A DNA stretch of 64,000 bases from Thelocarpon superellum (lineage: Eukaryota). The DNA is taken from contig JAPEUG010000049.1 in the NCBI GenBank assembly GCA_026025795.1, positions 1-64,000 on the forward strand, in the 5' to 3' direction. The notes beneath the pieces were generated by a model. That model had not been told where the DNA came from and searched no databases. It worked only from the letters and a program-made list of their open reading frames with translations. Below, piece by piece: positions 24,245 to 36,200 of this stretch. A program made the position numbers and the translations under genes. Position 1 is the stretch's first letter, and the number at the start of each line of letters is the position of its first letter.

Positions 24245-25917
24245 CTAACGCGACAAGGAGGCCGAGGGCATCTTGAAGGGCAGATAGCGGGTCCACTTCT
24301 TCTCCCTCTCCTCCTCCTTCCTCTTGTGCTGGCCGTGGCCGTTGGCGTTGGCGTTGGCGTTGGCGTTGTTGGCCTCGGCGTTGGTCTGGTCCTGCTCCGC
24401 GGCCGAGAGGAGACGCGACATGATGGAGCCGCGGCCGCCGGGCCCACAGGGCGGCGCGCTCAGATAGCTGACGGCGGAGTAGCGGCGAACGGGGCCGGCG
24501 GCGGCGTTGGCGAGAGTGGCCTCGGTGACGGGCGGGTCGAAGAAGACGTCGGGGATGTGATCCATGCCGAGGATCCAGGAGGCCTTGTTGCGGCGGTGGC
24601 CGGGGCGCAGCGTGACCTCGGCGCCGGCCCCGTTGCCGCGGTGGTGGTGCAGGCCGGGCCCTGCGGTGCCACGGAGGCTGCCGTATTCCTCGGACGTCGA
24701 GGGGCTCGCCGCGTCCTGGGGCGCGGCAGCAGTGGCGATGCCGCTGGTCTCGACGTACACCTTGACGTAGTCGCGGGGCACGGTGCCGCGCAGCCCGCGC
24801 TCGTCCGTGCCCGTCACGTTCTCCTCGTCGATCTCGCACTTCCGCAGCGTGTCGCCGCGGTAGACGAGCAGCTCGCTGAAGCGCTCCGGGTGGAAGGAGC
24901 GGATGGCCACCGCGCACATCTGCTCGCCGGGTCCGACGGCCGGCGGGTCCTGCCGGGTCGAGGAGGGAATGAGGGGGGGGTACTCCCCCCCGGCGTCACC
25001 TTCGAGGAGCAGCGCCGCCGTCAGCTCGAACATGTCCGTGGCGAAGCCCGGGCGCAGATCGCGCATCAACTTGCGCCACTTGGCCGAGTTGAGCAGCGCG
25101 CGGAGGTTCTTCTCCACCACCTTCTGCAGGAAGCCACGCATCCGGTCGTCCTGCTCCTCCGGGTGCTCGTAGATGACGCGCGCCAGGTCGATGATCTCGC
25201 GCACCGTGACCTCGTCGTCGTGCATCGCGAGCCAGTCGTACGCAATCTCTTGCAGGTCGACCAGGCCCAGGCGCTTGCCGAGGAAGTACAGACGGATCTT
25301 GAGGTACACGAGATGCGCGAGGGGCAAGCCGGTCAGCGCGGGAGGCTCGAACCGCTCGCGGCCCAGGAGAAGGAACTCGAGCGCGATGCCGAAGACCGTG
25401 GCGTTGGTGTCGAGGAGCCACAGAGCGATGCGCGTGTGCGGAAGGTAGTGCGGCGACTCGAAAAAGTCCCGGAAGAAGGGCGCACGCGCGAGCACAGAGC
25501 GTTGCTCGACGAAGCCGGCAAAGGATTCGTCGTTGGGGGCGCGGATGGTGATGAGCTCGTCCGGGACAGGGCTGCACGGGATGATCAGCTCAGATCTCGA
25601 GATGAGCGGAAGCCGCGGGACGAAGGACAGGGTCCACTATAAGTAGCCGCCTTGTTTGTGGACGCTTACCATCGTCGTGACGTCTACCCACGTCACGACG
25701 GCTACCATCGCCGTGACGATGGAGAAAGGAACAGGGTGTGGACGACGAGACGAAAGACACAACAAACGTACCCGGTGTATTCCAGCGCATTGTACTCAGC
25801 TTGAGACAACATGGGACAGCTGGAATAGTTCATGATGCCATGATGCCAGTATGGGTCGGGGACGCGCGGGAGTTCCGACGTGAACTGGGACTCCGCCTTG
25901 GTCGGGAGCTCCGACAT
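24245..25917 (-). CDS. BTB/POZ-like + SH3-like domain protein
   Basis: Exons 25917-25772 and 25571-24245 (200-nt intron). BTB-like ELITIRAPND..FVEQRSVLARAPFFRDFF..LYFLGKRLGLVDLQEIA. SH3-like AVAIRSF..ELLVYRGD..GLRGTVPRDYV. The 5' structure is uncertain. Confidence 0.7.
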
Positions 25918-26429
25918 CGTGAGATGGTGGGGGAACGGGGTCGTGACGCGCGGAGTCGTCGATAAGAGGTATCACAATCACAGCGAGAGAGCGAGCGTGC
26001 AAGAGATGGGGAGGAAGGAGGGTAACTTTGCGCAGCAGAAATAGAAGATGGAGTAACATGGATGGATGGGAGGCGGCGTCGAGAGATGGGCCAGAGGTAG
26101 CGAATCGCGATGGCAGCTGTTGATGTGAACACTCTCCTCGATCGAGGGAGTGACTGCGGTCGTGACAGCGGTCGTGCGCGTCGGCTTCCATTACCCTTCA
26201 CGCGTTGTGGACGTGGCGTGGATCTGTATTCACTGGCGGCCTGACCACATCGTCCATGCGTCCAGGCGTCCAGGCATCCAGGCATCCACGAGACACGGGA
26301 ACGTCATCAAGACATGGCACATCATATGCATGGGGCACTGCGCAAGCGACTTCACTGCATTCATTGGAGGGACAAAAGTTATCATCAAGTCATCGTATCA
26401 TGGTAGCACCGGCTGGACTGTCCGACCGA

Positions 26430-27633
26430 TCAGATCCCAAGCAAGGCCTTTCTCGTGTCATAAGTGTACTTGACCTCCCCATGCCAGTAGTTGGGCGCAT
26501 TGGCCTTGGAGACCTGCCAGGCATCATCAAGTGCCTTGACCACGTCGTCCGGGAGGGGACCCTTCTCCACGTCGGCGAGGTTCTGTTTGAGCTGAGTCTC
26601 GTTGCTCACTCCCAAAATGATCCCATCGTGTCCACCTTTGATATTCAGGGCCGAGTGATGGACTATCCACCGCAGCGCCGTTTCGATGAGGGTGAGGTGG
26701 TGCTTGTTCGCAGCCTCTTCGATGATCCGCAAGGCTTCAAATGTCGTGTCCTTGAAGTAGCGCGACCGATACAATTCTCCCTGTTGCGAGTGCGTGTTGC
26801 TAAATCGGCCGTCCGTCGGCACTTCGCCGCTCGTGTACTTGCCCGTCAGCAAGCCTAGTCAAGGTCAGTATTGACGGATCGTGGTGCACGTAACCCCGCC
26901 CTCATACTAACCTCCGGCCGTGGGGCTGTACACCACAACGTCCAGGCCATACCGGCGGCAGGCGGGGATCAGCTCGGGCTCAATGCTCCGCTCTACGCCC
27001 GGTCAGACCTGCCTTCTCCCGGCGAAGAGTGGTCCACTCACGGACGGTGTTGTACATGGCCTGGTAGATGGTGGGGCGCACCCATCCATGGTGGATGCAG
27101 GTCAAAACGACCTCGGCCACCTCGTATGCGGTGAAGTTGCTCAGGCCTAGCTGCACAAACTTGCCCTCCTTGTGCAGCTGGTTGACCGCTTCCAACGTCT
27201 CGGCAAAGGGCACCGATCGGTCGGCCGCATGGAGGTAGTAAATGTCCACCTGGTCGGTCTTCAACTCGCTCAACGACTTCTCACAGTTCTCCCGCAGCGG
27301 TTGAGGCTTGTGCGTGCCGGGCGGCAATGGGTAGAGTTTGGTGGCCAAGGTCAGGCCGCGCTCCTTCCACCTGGCTTGGGTGGTGAAGGATTCCTGCTGG
27401 CCGCCAACATACGTGCGGGCTTCTCGGCGTCAACACAGTCACACGAAATGAGACAAGATGTGGTCATCACACGGACCGGTGTCGACTTCATTGTAGCCCT
27501 GCGACTGGAAATAGTCGAGGCATTGGTTATAGTCATCGAGCGACGTCACTCGAGCACCTGTTGATGAGTCAGGACCAAAGGTCATCAGACCCAAAATGAT
27601 GCGATCTTTGGGAGACTGGGCGATGAGAGGCAT
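26430..27633 (-). CDS. Aflatoxin B1 aldehyde reductase-like aldo-keto reductase (AKR7)
   Basis: Motifs ILGLMTFGP, DTARTYVGGQQE, LATKLYP, YYLHAADRSVPF, LGLSNF, RWIVHHSAL, APNYWH. Three introns. Confidence 0.9.
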
Positions 27634-28232
27634 CGTGAGGTGGGGACAGAGGTTGATTTGCAAGATCTGAGGTGCGCTCTCTGTGTGCGGTGCAATCCAA
27701 TAAGGACCCAGCTCTACCTGCGTTCAAATGGCCTCTAAAGCTTCAATTTCCTTTGGGGTGATCAAGTGTGTGGGCATCCAAGATACGAAGTCATATGCTC
27801 TACCGGGTCAAAGCGAGCGAAGACGTTCCGCTCGATCCGACGACATTTGGTCTGGGCTTCTGGTACCCGTGCGGAACCCGCCACACCGACGGTATGCTCC
27901 CCACATAGGACCTTTCGTTACTGACATCGCACAGTCCTATTATCGGTTGGAAGATGACATAATCAGTGGTGCGCGACGGTCAGCAGAAGTCTGTGTCAGC
28001 TGAGATGCCAACCCTACCAAAACTGTACGACATCTCAATCCCACAATGCTGTTGCCTCATAGTTTGGTGACCAAGTGCACAGCTCGGTAGGATCGTTAGA
28101 CGTTGCCGGTTGGCTAGGATATCGTGGCGCAAAAGATTCCCGAGACCTAATCCTGACTCTGTCGTAGGACTCAAGTTGAACACTGGAGCACTGTTAGCTG
28201 CCTGCGAGCCTCGCTGTTCAAGCTCTACGAGG

Positions 28233-28252
28233 TCACGTGTTGATGCACGTGA
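28233..28252. promoter_or_regulatory. Twin E-box (TCACGTG-6nt-CACGTGA)
   Basis: tcacgtgttgatgcacgtga read directly, about 600 bp upstream of the AKR start. Function is inferred. Confidence 0.4.
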
Positions 28253-28485
28253 TGGTCATGTAACTTCTCCTATTCCTACAGTGAGGCGTAGGCTCCCCGG
28301 CCTCGCAAAAAAGTGTAAGAATACTTCTTACAGGACTGTTCCTCTCTTCCCCTTACTCATGAACGTAATCCCCGTATTTCGCTCTTGACGCCGCCCTCAG
28401 TTTCGCTGTCGAAGAAGTGACTGTCGTGATAGTGATAGTAGCAGAGAAGGAAGGAGACAGAGGAAAAGAAGGGGAACCGTGCCGC

Positions 28486-31133
28486 TCAGAAAGATCGATC
28501 CCACGCTTCCTGTGTGACACCAACTCAATTCGTCAGTCAGCTTGCGTGTCCTCTTGCAATCATGCTGTTGCGGGTCTGTCCTCTGCAATCATGCTGTTGC
28601 GGGTCGTCGCTACCGGGAGTTTGCCAATGAGCGCGATATCAAGGAAAGGGACGCACCCAGTCGACTCCATCATTCCCAGGGAAATCCAACATGTCTTCGA
28701 TCGTCATGGACTCGTACGATGCCTCGTCGGGTGCGTCAGCCGTTTCGGTGGCGCACAAAGCCTCCCATCCTGGCTGTTCCCCTCTGGACAAGGCCGCTGG
28801 TGTGGTGTCCCTAAGGCGCGACAGGCTACCGTCCGGGCGGATCGACGGCGTCGACGACGCCGTCGATCCTCGCTCGCCGTCATTGACCTTGTACAGCATC
28901 ACCTTCAGCGCCTCATAGGCCTTGCGAGCCTCGCGAGAGTAGTCTTTGCTGGCCTGCCAGATCTCCCGAGACCTCTCGAGCGCTTTGATCAGAAGCTTGC
29001 GCCGACCCTCATCTTCTGTCGATCGTCCGCCCGCCTCATACGGTCGCCAAGATCCCTCGCCCTTCTCCGCGCCATCTCGCGATACTTCCAGGCACAGGAT
29101 CATGGCCGCGGTCAGGAAATCATGGCTGGTCAAGGACGAAACGAACCATTGATCCCGATACAACTGTCCACCTCGTTGGATCTCGTTGTGGATGGCCGAC
29201 TGATGCTCGAGCAGCTTCAACGCCGCTTCAATGCAGGTAGCCCTTGAATACGCGAAGCGGCTCTGACGCCGGCCCTCCAGCATATATCGTCGGTGTAAGA
29301 CGCATCTCGACTTCTGGAAAAGCAACTCCAGGTAGAAGCGTTGCATGATCAGGTAAGCGGGATCGGTAATGGATCGATCCATGGATCGGATTTGAAGGAA
29401 GGCCGGAATCGATTCTTGTGCTGCTTGAAGATCGTGATCCAACTTCAACACCGTCTCGTATGAGGTCCTGTCCATTGAAAAGGCATGCTCCGCAATGCGC
29501 CGGAAAGCCGCGGTCAAAGCGCTTTTGGTGATCAAGTACGAAACAGGAGTCATCTCCGTCCGAGGTCTCGACGGCGGAAGATCCTTGGAATCTTCGTCGA
29601 AATCTTCGTCGAAGAGATTGCTGGGCGGCTCTGTATCGCCTTGCTCTTGACGAATCGTGCTTGGGAAGCCACTTTGGAACGAAATGAGCAGGTCCGTTTG
29701 CGACACCATCGCCCATAACCTTCTTCGCATCTCTCCTTGAAACGGCGAGATCTTGGAATATTGCGCCGGATCTCGATGGAGGCCCATGCGTAAGGCTAGA
29801 CGTACGATGATGCCCATCATCACGTATATCCCGGACTCGGCATCGTTACTGCGCACGTATTCGCTGAATAGGTGTAGAAGGAGCGTCTCGAGGGTGTGCG
29901 GTCCTGGCTTGGTGTAGTTACCCAAAAAGAGGCAGTGCGCGGTACAGACGCGGAAAGCGTCCATTACCTCGTGCGCTCGCTCGAGGGGCTCGGGCAGTGG
30001 ATCTCCTGTACGTCGATAGAAGAATGTGGCCAAGCACATGATGGAAAATAGCAAGCCAATCCACGCGACTGAAGTCCCGTCGGGATCTTCCCAGAATGCC
30101 TCATACTATCCATGGTTAGATCTTGTTGCCTTAACCATTGCGTCTTCGCTGACCTGCTGCTGAAAGGTCGGAACGTGAAGCATGACTGGTCATCATCAGC
30201 TCCGCTGCAGGGCTGAATGCCGAAGAACGTACCGACGGCCAAATCCTTTGAATTGAAATATCGCGAGACAAGTCGATCAACGACAGTCTTCTCTGGCATG
30301 GAGGCGAGTATATCGGTCTTGCTGGGCGGTTCGGACGCGCCCAGTAAGAGTATCGGACTGGGGGGGCCAGATCTCACTTCAGACTCGTCCGGACCTTCGT
30401 TCAATGGAGTGGTGCTTTCGAAGAATCCTTTGACCTCTGTGATCTACAGAGGACTAGGTCAGCACTGCGAGGTGCGATGCTCGGAGAGAGCAACCTATTT
30501 GACGTACATGCTCAAGAATAGTGGCCCAATGTGCGCCGCTACGATAGCTGGTACTAGACTGGTCCATGTTGATGCGCCCAAAGTCGCGGCTCAACGCCTC
30601 TTCGTCCGGATCAAGCCTGGGCCTATCGAAGTCTGCGTCGTCCTCCGCTCCCCAGCCTTCGTGCCAATCATCCTCGAGCCCCTTGGGCAGGCCGGAGCGA
30701 TTCAGCAATGCTGTCTCGGCAGAACCTTCTTGATATGCTTCGGCGTGAGGAGGCGCCAATCCTTGCTGTTTCATCAGTGCCACCGCGAGGTGCTCCACTT
30801 GTTCGATGCGACTCTTCATGCTCTCTACCTTGGAGGCTTGCCGGCGCCGCTCTGTCCTCGGTCGAGGCTGGACGGCTGTATACTGACAGTCGAGCTGGCC
30901 ACGCTTCACACAATTGTTGCATGGTTTGGCACGATCACACTTCAGTCTGCCAGCGGGCTCCACTTAGCGTTGGAACCGGTCAAAAGATTCGTCAGACCTC
31001 ACTTTCGATTCCTACACCATACGCAGGAGACTGGGCCTCGATTTCGTCTCTTGACCGTCTCGTCACGAGAAGCTGAGCGAGAGCCGTCGAGGCCCAGTGC
31101 TGGTGTGGAGTTGGATGGAGAGGAGTGCGCCAT
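28486..31133 (-). CDS. Zn(II)2Cys6 fungal transcription factor with Fungal_trans middle domain
   Basis: Spliced cluster CVWCRNRKLKCDRAKPCNNCVKRGQLDC. Motifs GAHWATIL, VRLALRMGLHRDP, EMRRRLW, HDFLTAAMILC. Five introns; last exon EAWDRSF*. Confidence 0.9.
28547..28605. repeat. 29-30 nt tandem duplication within the last TF intron
   Basis: tgtcctcttgcaatcatgctgttgcgggtc followed by tgtcctctgcaatcatgctgttgcgggtc (1-nt indel). Confidence 0.9.
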
Positions 31134-31888
31134 TGCCTCTGACACTGGACGGGCGTCGTCATATGTTCAGGACCATAGAGGATAGGTATTGACAAGGAAC
31201 AAGAAGATGTTCTTGGACCTAAACGGTCGCTGATTGACTTCCAAGAACAGGTAAGACACGACAGCTTGGGTTGATCGAGCTGGGTCTGCTCGAGAGGTTG
31301 ATCTTTTGTCTCTGCTAATCGTGATTGAGAGGTCCGAGCAGAGCATGGCTCGTCCGTCCAGATTGCGGTCAGCCACGTCCGACCGAGTGCGAGGAGATGT
31401 CGCTGTCGAGGCCCACCATATCCCAGGACACCGGCGGAGTTACGGGCTGGGAATGTTGTCACTCCGCTCCGGCGCTAGCCCTTTGCGTCGTCTCTTGCTG
31501 CACACTCCCGTGCACGATGCTACCAATATCTCCTCATGATCGTTCATGACCACGTTGGTGGGATGTACACTGCTATCACCGAGTGTCATCTTCCGGCGCT
31601 ATTGATGTGGCTCTGATGTTCGAGGGAGCGGCGCCTACGCTCCGGGGCTCCTGCAGCAGCAAGTCGAGCTTCAGGTCCGAGCACTACAAGGATTGCTGTG
31701 CTCTTTGGGGCACCTCCTCGTCCTTTGCAAAAGCAAACCTTACGGTCGACGGACTTTATCGTAGACATGTTATCTCCGTGCTTCAGAGGGAGCGCGAGTC
31801 TTCGTATAAGTCTGCCTTCGGCCGTCGTCCATCCTGAGCGAACACAAGCAAATGGTCTGTTTGGCCTCCCTGCCACAATATCGCCATC

Positions 31889-33089
31889 ATGCGCCCACCT
31901 CTCGACTTGATCTTTCCACCCGCGCCCACCTTCACAGAGAGGTCCGTTGGAGATCTCTCGGGCAAGGTAGGACAGACAGCCGTGACCATGCGACGTGACA
32001 TCCTCTGATTTGCCTGACAGGTAGTTATGATTACGGGTGCTGCGTCAGGGGCTGGCCTAGAGCTTGCAAGACTGCTCTATGGCAAGAGTGCGACGGTCTA
32101 CGTCGTTGCCCGATCCCTGGATCGCGTCAATCAGGCGATCGAGCTCATTCACTCTTCGGCCCCTGATGCGGGTGGACGATTGATGCCGCTGGTCATGGAT
32201 CTAGCCGAGCTGCAAACTATCAAGCCCGCCGTGCAACAATTCCTCGACCAAGAGTCGAGATTGGACGTCTTGGTTCACAATGCAGGCGTAATGATGCCTC
32301 CAGCTGGTAGCAAGACAAAAACGGTGAGCGCTTGCCCGGTGGGTCGTGGCCGGTCGTGGCTAAGGAACGACCTGGTCAGGGCCATGATCTCGAACTGGCA
32401 ACCAACTGTCTTGGTCCGTTCGTGCTGAGCCGCTTGATGGAAAGCATCTTGAGACGAACGGCATCCTCTGGTGTTGCTCCACCTCACACCGTCCGCGTGG
32501 TCTGGGTCTCGTCCATGATTCACACATATGAAAAGGGAATCGAATTCGACGCTCGCGGCGATCCACGAGTGCAAGCGAAGGCAATGGACAACTACATGCA
32601 AACCAAGGTCGGACAGGTCTTCTTAGCCACCAAAGAAGCAGAACGACTGGGACCGGACGGCGTCACTTGCGTGGTATGCGGCGCCGAATTCTTGCGGCCT
32701 CTGGCCCCTCGGCCGCTGCGCTGACCACGTCAGAGCCTCCATCCCGGCTTGATGCGCACAGAGCTTCAGCGACATCTGCCCGGTCCCGCTCGTGTGCTCA
32801 TGGTCAGTCGGATGGGGATCGCTCGCGGGTGCACCGTCGGCTGACTAAGGTGGTACCATAGGGACTGCTCTTCAAGTCGCCTCGGTACGGCGCGTACACG
32901 GAGCTGTACGCAGCCTTCTCGCCCTCCATCACCGAGGGAGAGCAGAGGGGCTTCGTGGTGCCGTGGGGGCGGTCCGCTGAGCTGCCGAGACACATTGCCC
33001 ACGATGTGTCCGATCAGGCCGAAGGCGGCTCGGGATCGGCACAACGGTTCTGGGACTTCTGCGAGCGCACCACCAGCACGTACAGGTGA
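31889..33089 (+). CDS. Short-chain dehydrogenase/reductase (retinol dehydrogenase/WWOX-like)
   Basis: FPPAPTFTERSVGDLSGK|VVMITGAASGAG, HNAGVM, TNCLGPF, WVSS, catalytic YMQTK, LHPG. Four introns. Confidence 0.9.
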
Positions 33090-33893
33090 GCGCTACCAAC
33101 GCCCCAGCGTTGCGCTCTCGATCTCGAGGAAGCGGCACAGACGCCGCGTGACACAGTCTCTGCATGTCTTGCGCTGCTATCGAGATGAGGTCTTTCGAGC
33201 AAGCCGCAATTCTCACACAAGATAAAACGTGCGAGTTGTCCCTGCCCTTGTGGGTTGATGACATAATCGGTCGTTGGTCATGGGAGAGCGCGGTGGGAAA
33301 TGCTGCTTTTGGGGGTATTATGTAAGTAAGCAGTAAGTGTGGGGAGGCCCAAGTAGGGTTCTGTACTAGGTGGCCGTAATAATGTCTGCGCCGATTACTC
33401 CCTATGCAACAATGTCATCGTAGAGTCGAGGTCATGTGAGGTTGGCTAGATACGCCGGCTGGTCAGGGCTATTGTTCTTTGACGGGATGACCTGATCAGG
33501 GACAGTGGTTTCCGATCTAATCGGATCAGGATCGGTCCCCTGACTGTGGCCGCCACCCGTCCAGGGTTCTAGACGAAGGACCGCCAGTGAAACCCGTCTC
33601 TCTAGCGGCCTCCGGGTGCCTGATTGGCCTGTATCAGCCTTCCGCCTTCGTTGTCCAGAGGTGCAGAGGTGCAGATGTCCAGCGACAGGACTTCCGGATC
33701 CGAATGTCGCATGCGCCTGCAATCCCTCGACCCCAGATCTCGAGCACGCAAGGGCACCGGATGCCAGTAGTGATCGGCCAATCACGTGAGACTGTTTCCA
33801 CGTCCAAGTGCTTCCACGCCGCCGTGGTGGTGCTCTTGCGCGGACGCCTATCGGCACCGTAGCCCGTTGGCTTCGAGGTTTGGATCCGCATGC

Positions 33894-35756
33894 ATGACCA
33901 AAACCACCACCTATCGTCCCCCCAGACGCGCCAGCCAGACCTCCACCCTCCACCCGACCACCCCTCCCACTCCTGCGGCGGGGAGTACACCGTCGCTCCC
34001 GTCCTCCTCACGGCCCTTCGCCTCCCCTCCCACCCGCGCCTCGTCTGGAGACGAACGAAGGGCACGTGTGGTGAATGGGCACCGATATCCTCCCCACGAG
34101 GTGGACAGACCGGACGGTAGCGAGTCCGATCTCGACGAGGAAGATTCGATGGCGCGCCCCGGCCTCCTGCGGCTTACCGATGGACGGTCCCATCTTCCGC
34201 TCCTGCACGACGACGAGGACCGCGGTCGGCAGTCCTACGACGATCATGACGACGCCGAGGCGCGGGCGGTGAGGCGGGCGCAGCTGCGGAGCCGCAGCCC
34301 TACGACGGCGGCCAAGCTGGCCAGCACCAAGAAATACACCTATGCCGCGGGCTTCTTGGTCCTCAGCCTGATCAGCTTCGTCATCCAGACCGAGACGGCG
34401 GTGTACATTCAACATACCCTCGGATGGAACAAGGCCTATTGCATGCTGTGGGTGCCTACCGATCATCCAGCACAGTACTACGTGGGTATGTAGTGACTGA
34501 CGATGGCTCCGTAGGTACATGACCCACGGATCATGGGCGCTCCTGTGGCCCACACAACTCCTGATCCTGAAAGCGCAAAAACCCACGGTCCCGTGGCGGG
34601 TCTTCTGGCGGCAACACGTGCACCAGATCCGCAAGACGGCGCAGATGGTGCAGCTGCAGGAGCTCCATCCGTCGCCGCGCGCCGGGTCGCCCGTCCCCTA
34701 CATGCTGAAGATGACGGCCTTTGTCACGACGGCCTTGACGATCGCCGGCGGGTCGTGGTACGTGGCGGTGAACCTCACGACGGCGAGCGACCTGACGGCC
34801 ATCTACAACTGCTCGGCCTTCTTCGCCTACGCCTTTAGCATTCCGCTCCTCAAGGAGAAACTGCGGCTGGACAAGGCGTTTGCCGTGGCCGTGGCCATCA
34901 TCGGCGTGTTGGTAGTGGCCTATGGCGACACGGCGCCGACCAAGCACGGCGGCAAGTCGGGCGGCTCCGTCGGCGGCGGTCCGGACCCCGACAATGCCGA
35001 GGGCAAATTTCGCACGCTGGGCAACGTGGTGATTGGGGTCGGCAGCGTGCTTTACGGTCTGTACGAGGTCTTGTACAAGAAGCTCGCCTGCCCGCCCGAG
35101 GGCACCAGCCCCGGACGCGGGATGATCTTTGCCAATACGTTTGGCACGATGATTGGATCCTTCACCTTGCTCGTTCTCTGGATCCCCCTCCCTATTCTGC
35201 ATCTAACGGGGTTGGAGCGTTTTGAATTACCGCATGGCGAGGCGGCCTGGATGATGTTGATTTCCGTCCTGGCCAATGCGAGTGAGCTTTACCTATCCGT
35301 CCGAGGTTGCATGGTCATACGGTCACATGCTAACGGGCGATGACAGCATTCTCGGGCTCGTTTCTGGTCCTCATCTCTCTGACGTCACCTGTCCTTTCCT
35401 CCGTCGCCGCCCTGTACGTGCTCCGGCCTCATCTTGATTCGCTCAAGACCCTCACTAATTGACTCGTTCTCCAGGCTCACCATCTTCCTCGTGGCAATCG
35501 TCGACTGGTTCCTGACAGGAGAACCACTTTCCGCGGCCGCCATCGCGGGGGGTGTGCTCATCATTGCCGCCTTCCTCCTCTTGAGCTGGAGTACCTATCG
35601 TGAGATGGACGAGGAGAAGCGAAAGAAGTGAGTTGATCATCCGTTTCGTCCATCTCATCACGTCTTGTTCAAGGGAAGCGGGGAATATCGATCCTGACGA
35701 ACCGAATCATCAACAGGCTTGAGGCGGACATGGACGATATCGACAGCGAAGACTAG
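33894..35756 (+). CDS. EamA/DMT (SLC35F-like) transporter
   Basis: Motifs SFVIQTETAVYIQ..GWNKAYCMLYMTHGSW, SWYVAVNLTTASDLTAIYNCSAFFAYAFS, LYGLYEVLYK, LTSPVLSSVAALLTIF. Four introns. Confidence 0.88.
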
Positions 35757-36200
35757 ACCGATTTGTCTGGACCGCAGTTTTTCTCCATGTTGTATTGTGT
35801 CTTCTGGTGCGGTAGGCCCCTTGATAGGTGTGGGCGGTGGTGCACTTCCGTCGGACCTACACCGTAGGACCTCGACGGCGGTAAGAGGTAGGAGTGAAAT
35901 AGAGACGGGATGGCATGGAGGGGATACATGTGCATACTGGGCGTCAGGCAGTCGTGTCAGGGCAGGGCAGGGCAGGTCAGAATAAGTTGGGATAGGACGG
36001 GCCACATCGCACATAGACCAATTCTCTGATCTCGTTGCGTCGCATTGCGTCGCATTGCATTTCTTTCACTCATCTCGTCACTTCCTCTTCATCCTCTCCC
36101 CTTTCCCTGCCGCTGTCCCGTTGATGGGCGCACCGCCACGGCTACATGATTCATACTCCACCACTCACAAGTCATCACCCATCACCGCCCAGCAAACGAC

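Noticed and set aside
33460..33545. Nested hairpins upstream of the EamA transporter, considered as a TPP riboswitch
   Set aside because: Lacks the CTGAGA and GATAAT-type TPP aptamer core.
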